A DNA stretch of 32,000 nucleotides from Candidatus Baldrarchaeota archaeon (GTDB lineage Archaea; Asgardarchaeota; Baldrarchaeia; Baldrarchaeales; DXJG01), in assembly GCA_019056805.1 (NCBI GenBank), contig DXJG01000004.1, positions 221,647 to 253,646 of the forward strand, given 5' to 3'. This document shows positions 1 to 9,313 of the stretch, in pieces. The translations under genes and the position numbers were made by a program. Under the pieces are notes generated by a model. It searched no databases, was not told the DNA's origin, and worked only from the letters and a program-made list of their open reading frames with translations. The first letter of the stretch is position 1. Every line of letters starts with the position of its first letter.

Positions 1-150
1 TAATAGTACCTCCCAATCAACAACTAAAATTTAGTATACCGAATATGTTAATATAATTATCCTTCTTTCCATGCATAAAAAGATAATTTAACAAATTTAA
101 ATCACAAAGCCTAACATATTATCAATAATCATTATCCATATGAAGTTAAG

Positions 151-882
151 TTATTCCTTAAACACTTCTTGAAGTTTGACAATTATTTTATTTTTTACAA
201 TATTTATCGAAATTTTGCTTTGAAACTTTAATTCATATAAGTTCAAGAAAACTGGACCGCCCAATATAGAAGACGCGATGAAACCTCTATAGTAATGGTA
301 ATATAGTAGTTTTAGAGAAGCTGGAAAGATCCATGGGGAAACTATTGAAAGAACAAATAGTATCGTTAAAACAGTGTAGACTAAGCTTGTAAAATTCTTA
401 AATAGGTTTCTAATACCAACATTAAGCTCATTGTATCTGTCAAGTTTCTCAAAAGTCTTGTACATGATTTGTTGAATGATCAACATTCCAAGGATAATTC
501 CAAAGACTTCAGAAAAAATGTTTAAAACTTTTAAGCTTGAGAAACTCTGTTCAACTCTAATTGTATAATAGAGATTTAAACCAACGAAAAGAGTATAGAA
601 AAAGAAAATAATTTTACAAATAGCTCCTAGAACACCCATTGTAGTCCTATAAGGGAATATAAAGAAAAATAATCTGAGTGATTTAAATATGCTGGATCCC
701 TTAATAAAGGCTACAGCGACTTTTCTCTCCTTAGTTAATACATACAGTTTTTTATTTTTAGATATTAGGTTACCAAACTTTTTAAGGTGAAATGCAAGGG
801 TACCGGGTTCCTTTATACCTGTAAGCTTTATAATTTCACTATATGACAATTCATCTTTTTGATCAAGAAGCAAAAATATCAA
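151..882 (-). CDS. Winged-HTH (ArsR-like) domain fused to about 4 TM helices; 5' end uncertain, possibly frameshifted
   Basis: N-terminal LSYSEIIKLTGIKEPGTLAFHLKKFGNLISK-x4-YVLT is wHTH-like and is followed by hydrophobic helices. The in-frame upstream codons read KNTKRR, the usual wHTH helix-1 signature, but there is no start codon after the upstream stop. Confidence 0.65.
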   Translation of the reverse strand: MIFLLLDQKDELSYSEIIKLTGIKEPGTLAFHLKKFGNLISKNKKLYVLTKERKVAVAFIKGSSIFKSLRLFFFIFPYRTTMGVLGAICKIIFFFYTLFVGLNLYYTIRVEQSFSSLKVLNIFSEVFGIILGMLIIQQIMYKTFEKLDRYNELNVGIRNLFKNFTSLVYTVLTILFVLSIVSPWIFPASLKLLYYHYYRGFIASSILGGPVFLNLYELKFQSKISINIVKNKIIVKLQEVFKE

Positions 883-1044
883 CCTCCTTTTAGTATTTTT
901 AACGCCACATAAACATTGTTACTAAGACAATAATTACACCTTGATCTTACATTGCAAATATTTCTTTGATGACTTTAAATTAGCTTTAACAACTTAAATA
1001 AAATAAAATTATGGTTTAAGACAATGACTAAAATAAAAGGGAGA

Positions 1045-1572
1045 TTAGATGAGTGTGATCTGTTTTTCACCAGATGGAATAGTGAAGGTAACTGTTATTG
1101 TTCTTGTTAGTTCAACTACTGTTACTCCACCAGGAGTCGTTACTTTCAGATGGAATTCTATGACCAATGTAAAGTTTCCACTTCCCTGAAGCCCTTCATT
1201 GGGCCCTATTATTAATTCAAAATTATGTTTTCCTCCTTCACCGATTTTTAACGGTTCAAAACTCAATTCTGTACCAGTTGGTGTTTTTAATGTAAACTTT
1301 ATTGTAAGATCAACGACATTCGTCATTGCAGTAGGTTCAGAAGACGTTACTCTCGGTTTCCCTCTTTTCATCAACATATAATCGAGTTGAGAAACATTTT
1401 CCACCGATATATCTACTTGTGGGACCAAGGGCCCAATTTTTACCATGGTAGGAGAAGATATTGTTGCTGAACCACTTACAATTGCTATGGTTACATTTTG
1501 TGTATTTAAATAGAAAAATCCACCCCCAAAAATCAAGATAAGCACTATTAAGGCGATCGCATTTTTCTTCAT
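1045..1572 (-). CDS. Hypothetical membrane-anchored or secreted beta-rich protein
   Basis: MKK plus hydrophobic N-terminal helix, then alternating beta-strand pattern. GGTGA SD upstream of ATG. Confidence 0.75.
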   Translation of the reverse strand: MKKNAIALIVLILIFGGGFFYLNTQNVTIAIVSGSATISSPTMVKIGPLVPQVDISVENVSQLDYMLMKRGKPRVTSSEPTAMTNVVDLTIKFTLKTPTGTELSFEPLKIGEGGKHNFELIIGPNEGLQGSGNFTLVIEFHLKVTTPGGVTVVELTRTITVTFTIPSGEKQITLI

Positions 1573-2021
1573 AAAATACTCACCACAGGTTATTTTATCC
1601 TATTCATTCTTGACGTAAACTTCTAATATTCTTTTCGTCTAACGTAAAACACAAAAATTACTATACTTTTTATTACTAATTTTAAGATGAAAATCGGTTT
1701 TGTTCGTAATAAACTATTCGGAAACTTTCGGAAAAGTAAAATTATTCGCTTTAAGCTATTTGCTGAGAAGCAAAGGACATATAAACATGTCTAAATTCCT
1801 AATATGTTAGAAATGAGACTCAAATGTAAAAGTTATCTGGTTTAGTGGCTGTTTTTTGATTCATGAAACTTGTATAAGGTGTTTTGTAAAGAAAGGTATC
1901 AAAATGTCTATAATTTCTAGAAAGTTTAATAAATAATCTTATGTTATAAATAGGATAACCTAGTTTGAAAATCTAGCCTTCCATTTTGAAATAGACCACT
2001 ACAATAGTGGAGTGATAAGTT

Positions 2022-2879
2022 ATGGTAGAAATATCAGAATCTCCTCTTCAAGAAGTTAAGAAATTCACAGAAAGAGCAACAGTTGCCATAGCAAAAATAG
2101 AAGACGTACTTGCAGGAATCGTTTCAGCCATAGTTGCAATAGCAGGACTTGTCGCAGCAAACATCCTACAAATAACCGCACAACCAGAACAGTTCAAAGG
2201 TTTAATGAATGCCATAATGCTTGGAGCTGTAGCAATATGGGCATTCGTAAGATTCATAAGCATGTACAGTGCCCGTTTCATGGAAAAATCAGTCCTACGT
2301 GCAGCGTACTTCACATTTGTAATGAACTCAGCCATCCTCATATACTCCTACAAACTATACCTTACTAATAATCCAATATGGCCCTACATGCTTGCATTAT
2401 CCTCAGCAATAGTTGCAACAGCCTTTGTCCTCAGCCTTCTTGGATACGGATTATTTAAAGCTTTACGACGCCGAGAACTATTAGAGGAAACCATAAAATC
2501 CCAAGAAGAATTATTCAAAGAAATTTTAGAATCACCCAAAGTTCCATCCGAAGTTAAAGATAAAATCGTAGAATTAAGATTAAGAAACCTTAGACTCATA
2601 GATACATTAATAATTTCAACACAAAAATATGCCAGTCTCTCAAGAGGCTCAAATGTTTTAGCTCAAGCTATTTTGATAGCAGCAATAGCAACGGGTACAT
2701 CAGCCATTGTTGGAGGCATAGCAGCAGCAACCATTTCGGGGGAGACATTTCTATGGGCTGGAATAACCGAAACAGTCGCCATAATTATAGTAGGACTTCT
2801 AGTATGGTACCTTACTCGCATTCAAGAAAGAGTAATTAGCGAGGAATTCGCAACACTTTTAAGCATAGCAAGAGCCTAA
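2022..2879 (+). CDS. Hypothetical 6-TM membrane protein with a charged helical loop between TM4 and TM5
   Basis: Six hydrophobic segments; GGAGTGA SD before ATG; directly upstream of the HerA-like ATPase. Confidence 0.85.
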   Translation: MVEISESPLQEVKKFTERATVAIAKIEDVLAGIVSAIVAIAGLVAANILQITAQPEQFKGLMNAIMLGAVAIWAFVRFISMYSARFMEKSVLRAAYFTFVMNSAILIYSYKLYLTNNPIWPYMLALSSAIVATAFVLSLLGYGLFKALRRRELLEETIKSQEELFKEILESPKVPSEVKDKIVELRLRNLRLIDTLIISTQKYASLSRGSNVLAQAILIAAIATGTSAIVGGIAAATISGETFLWAGITETVAIIIVGLLVWYLTRIQERVISEEFATLLSIARA

Positions 2880-2980
2880 ACACTCCAAACTCCGTTATCT
2901 CTCAACCCGCAGCAAACATATAACACGAAATTATCCACCCATTTTTATTATTTTACAATTTTCAGGATCGTGATTAAACA

Positions 2981-5900
2981 ATGACAAAAAAATTTTATAT
3001 CGGAATTCTAATGGAAAATGGAAAAGAAAGAATGCTAATTAAATCAAAAGACTTAGTAACACATGCTTTTGTCTGTGGCGCAAGCGGTAGTGGCAAAACA
3101 GTAACATGTAAAGCTATTCTCGAAGAAGCAGTTCTTAATGATATTCCAGTTGTAGCTATTGATCCTAAGGGAGACATTGGCGGAGTGGCTTTCGCCGTTA
3201 AAGAACCCAAGCCGGAGGAGTTTGTTAAATGGTGTAAGCCAGAAGCAGAGGCAACAGGAAAACCCGTAGAGGAACTGGCAAAAGAATTTGCTGAACTATA
3301 TAAACGTAAATTCGAAGAATATGGTATTGATGGAGGAAGAACTAAGAAATTTCATGACAAAATAATGGCGTTCATTTTTACTCCTGGTAGCGGATTAGGT
3401 TTACGTTTAAAAATTGAACCAGAACTTGAGCCACCAAAAGATTATGATAGACTTTTAATAGAAGATCCAGAAGCAATTGAAAATACAATACAATTTGAAT
3501 TACTTCCACTATTAAAAATGGCAGGCTACAAAAATATTGAATCAACAAGCAAAGAATATGTTTTCCTTTCAGAAATAGTCAAAGATGCATGGTCTAAAGG
3601 GAAAAAGGTAGATTTAAAATATTTAATTAATGCAACATACAACCCGCCAATCATTAAAATCGGCGTTATTCCCGTTGATGAATTCATACGTAAAAAAGAA
3701 CGAAAAAGGCTTGCGGAAAGACTTAACACAGTAGCATTGTCAGCAGCCGGTGGCATACCCTTCGACCTAGATATGCTGATTGAAAAGGCGAGAGAACAAA
3801 ATAAAACACCCGTAATAATTTTCGATTTAAGATGGACCTTAGATCAAGCTGAAAAAGAAGCGCTTATAGCAAAAGTCACCAATCACATTTATCAATGGAT
3901 GCTCAAAAAGGGAGGAGCAAGCGACCTCCGTCTCCTATTCTACTTCGATGAAGTATACGGATTTCTACCACCATATCCAAGAAATCCTTTAAGTAAACGA
4001 TACATCATGCTTCTCATAAAACAGGGAAGAGCCTTCGGCGTTGGATGTGTTCTTGCCACTCAAAATCCTGGCGACGTAGATTATAAAATTCTTACAAATG
4101 TAAGCACATGGATAATAGGAAGACTTCTTACAAAAAGAGATAGAGACAAAATAGGAGAAGGACTAAGAAGCTTCCTCGATGCACAAGGAGGGAAAGTTGA
4201 ACATTACAAATACTTAATGACATCTTTAAGCAGACTAAAAACAGGAGAATTTCTATTTTACAACCCTAATCTAGGACCACCAAGATTGATGAAAACAAGA
4301 TGGCTAATGACCTTCCACCGTGGACCTTTAGTTGAAGAAGAAATCAAAGAAATCATTGGCAAAATAGCCATAATGCCGCCTAAAGAGATGGAAGCAAAAG
4401 AAATTGCAGAACTTGAATATGAAATTTCCCCTGCAAAACCAGAAATCGTGCAACTTAAAGAACAATTTTTAAAATCAAAAGTTTCTCCCAAGAAAGTCAA
4501 AGACCTTGTAAAAGAACTTGTAAAAGGGAACTACGATTTAAAAATCGAAGAACAACATTTCTTCTATGTTCCTCTACTAATGTTAAAAGCCAAGGTTTCG
4601 ATGAAAAAGAGGTTTCCAGCTGTAAGAGGAAGTATAGAAATAGGCAATTTCATTTTTGAAAGGGTTATACCATTAACTCAGAAAAATATAGACTGGGATG
4701 CAGAAAGCTTCATGGGACTATCTCTCAAAAATTTAAAACATGACGATTTTACATCAAAGCCACATAAAGCTGAGTATGCCATACCAGTTCACAAAGATCC
4801 CTCAAAACTCCTAGACTATTTCCTAAGTGTATATCTCAGTAAAAACACATCACTCTACATAGATAAAGTCTCAAAAACAGTAGAAGAATTCTACAACAAG
4901 ATATTAAAACAAAAGATTTCGGAATTGGAAGAAAAATACGGCAAAAAGATCTCAAAACTGGAAGTTAAAATAAAACAGACAGAAGCAGAACTTAGATCAA
5001 TGGAAATTCAAGAAGGAGTTGAAGAAGAAAAGAAAACACAGTTGCTTGAGGAATTTGAAAGAACAGGTGACCAGAAAATACAGCTTAAAATTAAAAGTGT
5101 AGAGTCAAGTTTAGCGCGAATACGGGGTAAAATAGAAAAATTAAAACTGCAACTTGAACAACTACAAAAAGAACTAAAGGAATTAAAAGAAGATAAGCAG
5201 GAAAAAATAGAAGAGATCAGAAATGAAATAATTACAGCGAAAGAAATGGAAATCACCGATGAATGGGTACTCCCCAAATCTAATGAAATAACTCTACTTG
5301 AATCCATGGTTCTCTGGGTACCCTACATATATGCAATTGTAAAAATCAAAAACAAAAACACAAGTAAAACCTTAAAAATTAAAATCAGAACTTTCGATAT
5401 AACAGGAGAAATAGGAAACTGCGAAGTATGCGGAAAAACGCTCACCAGAGGATACGTCTGTGACTACTGCCTAACACTCCTATGCGAAGAAGACTTAAAA
5501 CAATGCAATGTATGTCGAACAATAATTTGTCCAGAACATGCCCAAAAATGCGAATATTGCAACGCTGCACTTTGCAATAAACACGCATTCAAATGCGACA
5601 CCTGTAATGGTATCTACTGTCCTAAACATGCTAAACACGAAGTACATGCACCAAAACCCAAACCAAAAATAAAACCAATAACTGAAATCAAAATACAGCT
5701 AGAAGGAATTGAAATCCCAGGAGCAGAGCTCATCGTCAGACACGCAATAAACCTAATAAGCAGATTAACACCCCTAGAAAGAGAAATACTACGAATTGTA
5801 AAACGGTTCGGCAGAATAAGCGTTGCGGCTTTGATAGACAAGTATCCAGTTGAAGAATTTGACAAAAGCATTCGCAATTTAACACGGTTAGGCTTAATTA

Positions 5901-6022
5901 AAAAAGAAAAAGGAAAACTAATCTACACCTTCCCAAACCTAATCAAAAGACTTATACTCGTCAAAGCACGAGAAGACGCCATAAACGAATTAACTAAAAG
6001 AATAGAGAAAGCCCTGCTTTAA
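2981..6022 (+). CDS. HerA/FtsK-superfamily ATPase (DUF87/COG0433 type) with coiled coil, tandem Cys/His Zn repeats and C-terminal wHTH
   Basis: THAFVCGASGSGKT Walker A, AIDPKGD, FYFDEVYGFLPP Walker B and KQGRAFGVGCVLATQNPGD. K/E-rich coiled coil at about 4900-5240, Cys repeats at 5420-5640, wHTH at about 5765-5930. Confidence 0.9.
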   Translation: MTKKFYIGILMENGKERMLIKSKDLVTHAFVCGASGSGKTVTCKAILEEAVLNDIPVVAIDPKGDIGGVAFAVKEPKPEEFVKWCKPEAEATGKPVEELAKEFAELYKRKFEEYGIDGGRTKKFHDKIMAFIFTPGSGLGLRLKIEPELEPPKDYDRLLIEDPEAIENTIQFELLPLLKMAGYKNIESTSKEYVFLSEIVKDAWSKGKKVDLKYLINATYNPPIIKIGVIPVDEFIRKKERKRLAERLNTVALSAAGGIPFDLDMLIEKAREQNKTPVIIFDLRWTLDQAEKEALIAKVTNHIYQWMLKKGGASDLRLLFYFDEVYGFLPPYPRNPLSKRYIMLLIKQGRAFGVGCVLATQNPGDVDYKILTNVSTWIIGRLLTKRDRDKIGEGLRSFLDAQGGKVEHYKYLMTSLSRLKTGEFLFYNPNLGPPRLMKTRWLMTFHRGPLVEEEIKEIIGKIAIMPPKEMEAKEIAELEYEISPAKPEIVQLKEQFLKSKVSPKKVKDLVKELVKGNYDLKIEEQHFFYVPLLMLKAKVSMKKRFPAVRGSIEIGNFIFERVIPLTQKNIDWDAESFMGLSLKNLKHDDFTSKPHKAEYAIPVHKDPSKLLDYFLSVYLSKNTSLYIDKVSKTVEEFYNKILKQKISELEEKYGKKISKLEVKIKQTEAELRSMEIQEGVEEEKKTQLLEEFERTGDQKIQLKIKSVESSLARIRGKIEKLKLQLEQLQKELKELKEDKQEKIEEIRNEIITAKEMEITDEWVLPKSNEITLLESMVLWVPYIYAIVKIKNKNTSKTLKIKIRTFDITGEIGNCEVCGKTLTRGYVCDYCLTLLCEEDLKQCNVCRTIICPEHAQKCEYCNAALCNKHAFKCDTCNGIYCPKHAKHEVHAPKPKPKIKPITEIKIQLEGIEIPGAELIVRHAINLISRLTPLEREILRIVKRFGRISVAALIDKYPVEEFDKSIRNLTRLGLIKKEKGKLIYTFPNLIKRLILVKAREDAINELTKRIEKALL

Positions 6023-6227
6023 ATAATACCATGAAAACCATATTTATTTTTAATATTAGACAATTATTAAGGTGAAATTCTTTTGCTGATTATGTTACTA
6101 AATTATTTATAATGATGCTAAACAGTACTGCATCACAGTACTTTAACCGTAACATATTTATAGTGTACAAAGTGGTTACGAGGTAAATTTTAGACTTGCC
6201 ACACTTGATTTTTTAGGGGATACAACA

Positions 6228-7423
6228 TTGGAAGAGATAGATACTTCCATCGAAGGTAGTTCGAAGAAGAAAAATGTTCAAGTGTTGTTTGCTCAGTCTG
6301 TAATAGATGGTTTTGGAGCCAATATGTTTCACATAGTGTGGCAACCCTTTGTATTAACGTTAAATCCTTCAATGGCATTTTTGGGAGGAATTTCAAGTAT
6401 TTATTCGTTGACAGCAACTCTTGTGCAACCCATAGCTGGTAAAATGGCTGACATATCTGGAAGAAAAAGACACTTAATACTTGGAAGCATACTCCTCTCC
6501 TTAGCACTTCTACTCTATGCTGTAGCAACCTCATGGGTCCTCTTGGTCCCGGGAGTAATTTTAATGGGATTATCAATGGCATTTTCTAGTCCATCATGGA
6601 CAGCTCTAACAGCAGAATCAGTTGGAAAGAAAGAGGAATGACGTTTGGAGTTCTCATAGCTTCATCTGTATTAACTGGAATTGTCGCAGCTACAATAACA
6701 TGGCTACTGGTAGGTTGGAAAGGCTTAAGAATAATATTTTGGACATACTTCGCAGCAACACTAACAAACTTAATCTTGACTGCACTGTTTTTAGAAGAAA
6801 CACTAAATACAGCAATCCAAACGGAATACCATAGGCATCTTAACATTAGAACACTATTTAAAGAAACATTTAAACCGGAAAGAAAGCTGAAAGGCTTTTA
6901 TCTTATCGTGTCTCTTGATGCTTTTGCTTGGGGTCTTGGAATGCAAATTCTATATGGAATGCTTTCAGATCAATTGGGAGTTACGATAGGGCAGTTATCA
7001 ATACTTACAGCAGTATTTGCAGCGTCAATGGGCTTATCCCAAGTGCCCATAGGAAAACTTGTAGATAAACATGGAAGAAAACCCTACATAATGATTTCAG
7101 AACTAATAGGAATCATAGTAATAGCAGGATTCGCCTTCACAGCAAATTTCACAATATTCATAGTATTACAAGTTTTATTGGGTTTATGTGTAGCAACATG
7201 GGTACCAGCAGTACTAGCGTACATATCAGATCAAGTAGAAGAAGCTAGAAGAGCAGAGGCAATTGGAAAATATTCAGCTTTCAGAGGATTAATATCGTTT
7301 CCAGCACCAACAATAGGAGGTATACTATACGATTTCTGGGGAATGCAAGCCCCACTATTAGTCAACCTAATCCTAGTAATCATATGTGTCCCGTTAATCA
7401 ACAAGCTAATACATGAAACCTAA
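6228..7423 (+). pseudogene. MFS transporter split by a -1 frameshift at about 6626 (pseudogene or assembly error)
   Basis: MFS motif A occurs in both halves (GKMADISGRK; GKLVDKHGRK). Adding one A to GGAAAG at 6624-6629 restores ESVGKERGMTFG. Confidence 0.85.
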
Positions 7424-7499
7424 CTTTACTTTCTATTGATTCCATTTGGTTCAAAATTTGTGTGGATGAGTTTGTTACCAATTAAAAGAATTAAGGATT

Positions 7500-8927
7500 T
7501 TATGTTATAGGTGTGAAATACATTTTTGGATGTGGCAAGGAAGTGTCAGCATTAATGTTGCAAATTGCCAATGGAGGGTGAACACCGTATGCAAATACGA
7601 TACCTTTTTTGCTGAAAATTCTGAAAACCATGTCTGCCATTTCTCTTAGCTTAGGAGTTATTTTCGTGTTTGGAAAAGTAACTCCAATGCATAAGTCTTC
7701 TTCAAACTTTATTCTAGAAATAATTTCTATAGCTATTTTTTCGGTATCTTCAGGGCCGAAATCAGCTTCTAATTTGTCAAAAGACAAATAAACCAGGACA
7801 TTTTCATTTAATTTTTCTTTAAAGCGGTCAATTTCTTCATTTATAGCTTCTAGAATTTTGTTCATAGAATAGTCCGTGTGAATTAGCCAAGAAGCCGTTT
7901 TTTTATGATTACCTCTGATGGGAGCAATGATCTTACAGTATTTTTCAACGATTTCCTTACCTACTAAGTTGGAGTAGAGGTTAATGAAATAGCGAGGACT
8001 AATGCTTTTGCAAGGTACTACAACTATACCTCTACCTTGAAGCATGAAATTCTCTACAATTGGTGATGTGATGTCAATAAGATGTTCGAAGGGAAATTCT
8101 CCTACAACTTCAATAAGTATAAAGCTTCCCCTTCTAACTCCGCCCATTTTTTTATCTAATTCTCGATTGCCGGTGCTAAATATACCGTTTTCATAAAACT
8201 TAGTTCCTTTTCCATCTTTTATTACGGGATGTGGTTCATAAGTACGTTTACGTCGTTCTACTGGCGAAAATCTATCAAAATATTTGAATTGTCCTTTGTG
8301 TAGCGTGAAATAATAGAACGGATTTAATATTTCAACTCCCCTAAGTTTTTCTATAATTAATTCTCTAAATATTCTTCCATCAATAAACGTTTTCTTAAAA
8401 GTTACAACTCCGTCACAAATATAATCTAAAGCTGTTTTCTCAGCTCTTTCAGTTATGATAATAGTCTTAATCTCAGCCCCCCTAACAGCGTCAATAATCC
8501 TATCGCATGTTTCTTCTACAGATAATCCTATTGTGGCAGCTACTGCATCAATACTATCCACAACAACTAAAGGTGAGCCTGAAGGCTTTTTTTCTTCAAT
8601 AACCATGTATAGTCCTTTTAGGAATTCTGGGAGAGATGAAAATCTTATTAGTTGTGGTACTTCCATTCTCTTTGGCACAATATTTTGTGTCGCATCAACA
8701 ATATTTTCAGGTGGTATGCTTTCTCTTATCCAAGGAAACTGACCGTAGAGTGATTTTGCATCAACTCTCGTAGAAAAGTATATTCCACAGCCCTTTTCAG
8801 CTTGACTGGCAACATAGTGCAAGCTGAAAATAGTTTTTCCGGTTCCAGGATCTCCTTTCACCAGTAAAGCAACATTTCCAGTAATATCAAAAAAATCTAT
8901 AATTTCAGACGGTATTGTTTTACTCAT
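7500..8927 (-). CDS. GvpD-like/RAD55 (KaiC-family) ATPase with a degenerate second RecA-like domain, paralog 1
   Basis: LLVKGDPGTGKT, YFSTRVD, VVVDSID, LDYICDGVV, IEKLRG. The second domain (GGVRRGSFILIE) lacks GKT. ATG at 8927 chosen; 8945 and 8951 are alternatives. Confidence 0.85.
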   Translation of the reverse strand: MSKTIPSEIIDFFDITGNVALLVKGDPGTGKTIFSLHYVASQAEKGCGIYFSTRVDAKSLYGQFPWIRESIPPENIVDATQNIVPKRMEVPQLIRFSSLPEFLKGLYMVIEEKKPSGSPLVVVDSIDAVAATIGLSVEETCDRIIDAVRGAEIKTIIITERAEKTALDYICDGVVTFKKTFIDGRIFRELIIEKLRGVEILNPFYYFTLHKGQFKYFDRFSPVERRKRTYEPHPVIKDGKGTKFYENGIFSTGNRELDKKMGGVRRGSFILIEVVGEFPFEHLIDITSPIVENFMLQGRGIVVVPCKSISPRYFINLYSNLVGKEIVEKYCKIIAPIRGNHKKTASWLIHTDYSMNKILEAINEEIDRFKEKLNENVLVYLSFDKLEADFGPEDTEKIAIEIISRIKFEEDLCIGVTFPNTKITPKLREMADMVFRIFSKKGIVFAYGVHPPLAICNINADTSLPHPKMYFTPIT

Positions 8928-9083
8928 ATTCTGTGTTTTAAGCATACGCATCCAACACGTTTATGGGGGGTCGTAAGTATAACGATTAACATAGCTAAGC
9001 AATATAAACATTTTGTCATCAAAATCTTGGAAAACCCAAACAGATTAAATAGAAAAATGTAAATTAAATTACAATTTTTGTTA

Positions 9084-9103
9084 ATTTGTTAATATTAACA
9101 AAT
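9084..9103. promoter_or_regulatory. Perfect 20-bp palindrome ATTTGTTAATATTAACAAAT, putative operator
   Basis: Self-complementary over 20 bp in the divergent intergenic region. Its TGTTA-N4-TAACA core recurs at 12414-12427. Confidence 0.55.
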
Positions 9104-9313
9104 AAGCTGAATATGACTGGCTGTAATATCTCAAAATGCATACGGATTTTTAACAAAATGACTCCATAACACTTATATTCCCATTTTGTGAAATTTTTAG
9201 TTACATTGAAAGTTTTTAGCATTCTAATAGTCTGAAAATAAGATATTAATAAATTTATGAGAAAAAATCAACCACTATACTAGAAATGAGATCAAACATT
9301 CTGGTGTTTGCAA

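Noticed and set aside
1-13. GGAGG on the minus strand at the window edge
   Set aside because: Probably the SD of a gene starting outside the window; it cannot be verified here.
2981-6022. HerA-NurA-Mre11-Rad50 repair operon
   Set aside because: No nurA, mre11 or rad50 nearby, and the architecture differs from canonical HerA.
6122-6142. Two ACAGTACT copies upstream of the MFS gene
   Set aside because: Too short, with no second site to support an operator call.
6620-6641. Programmed -1 frameshifting in MFS, also considered for TTTAAAC at 17867-17873
   Set aside because: No in-phase X XXY YYZ heptamer; TTTAAAC is in the wrong phase for its ORF.
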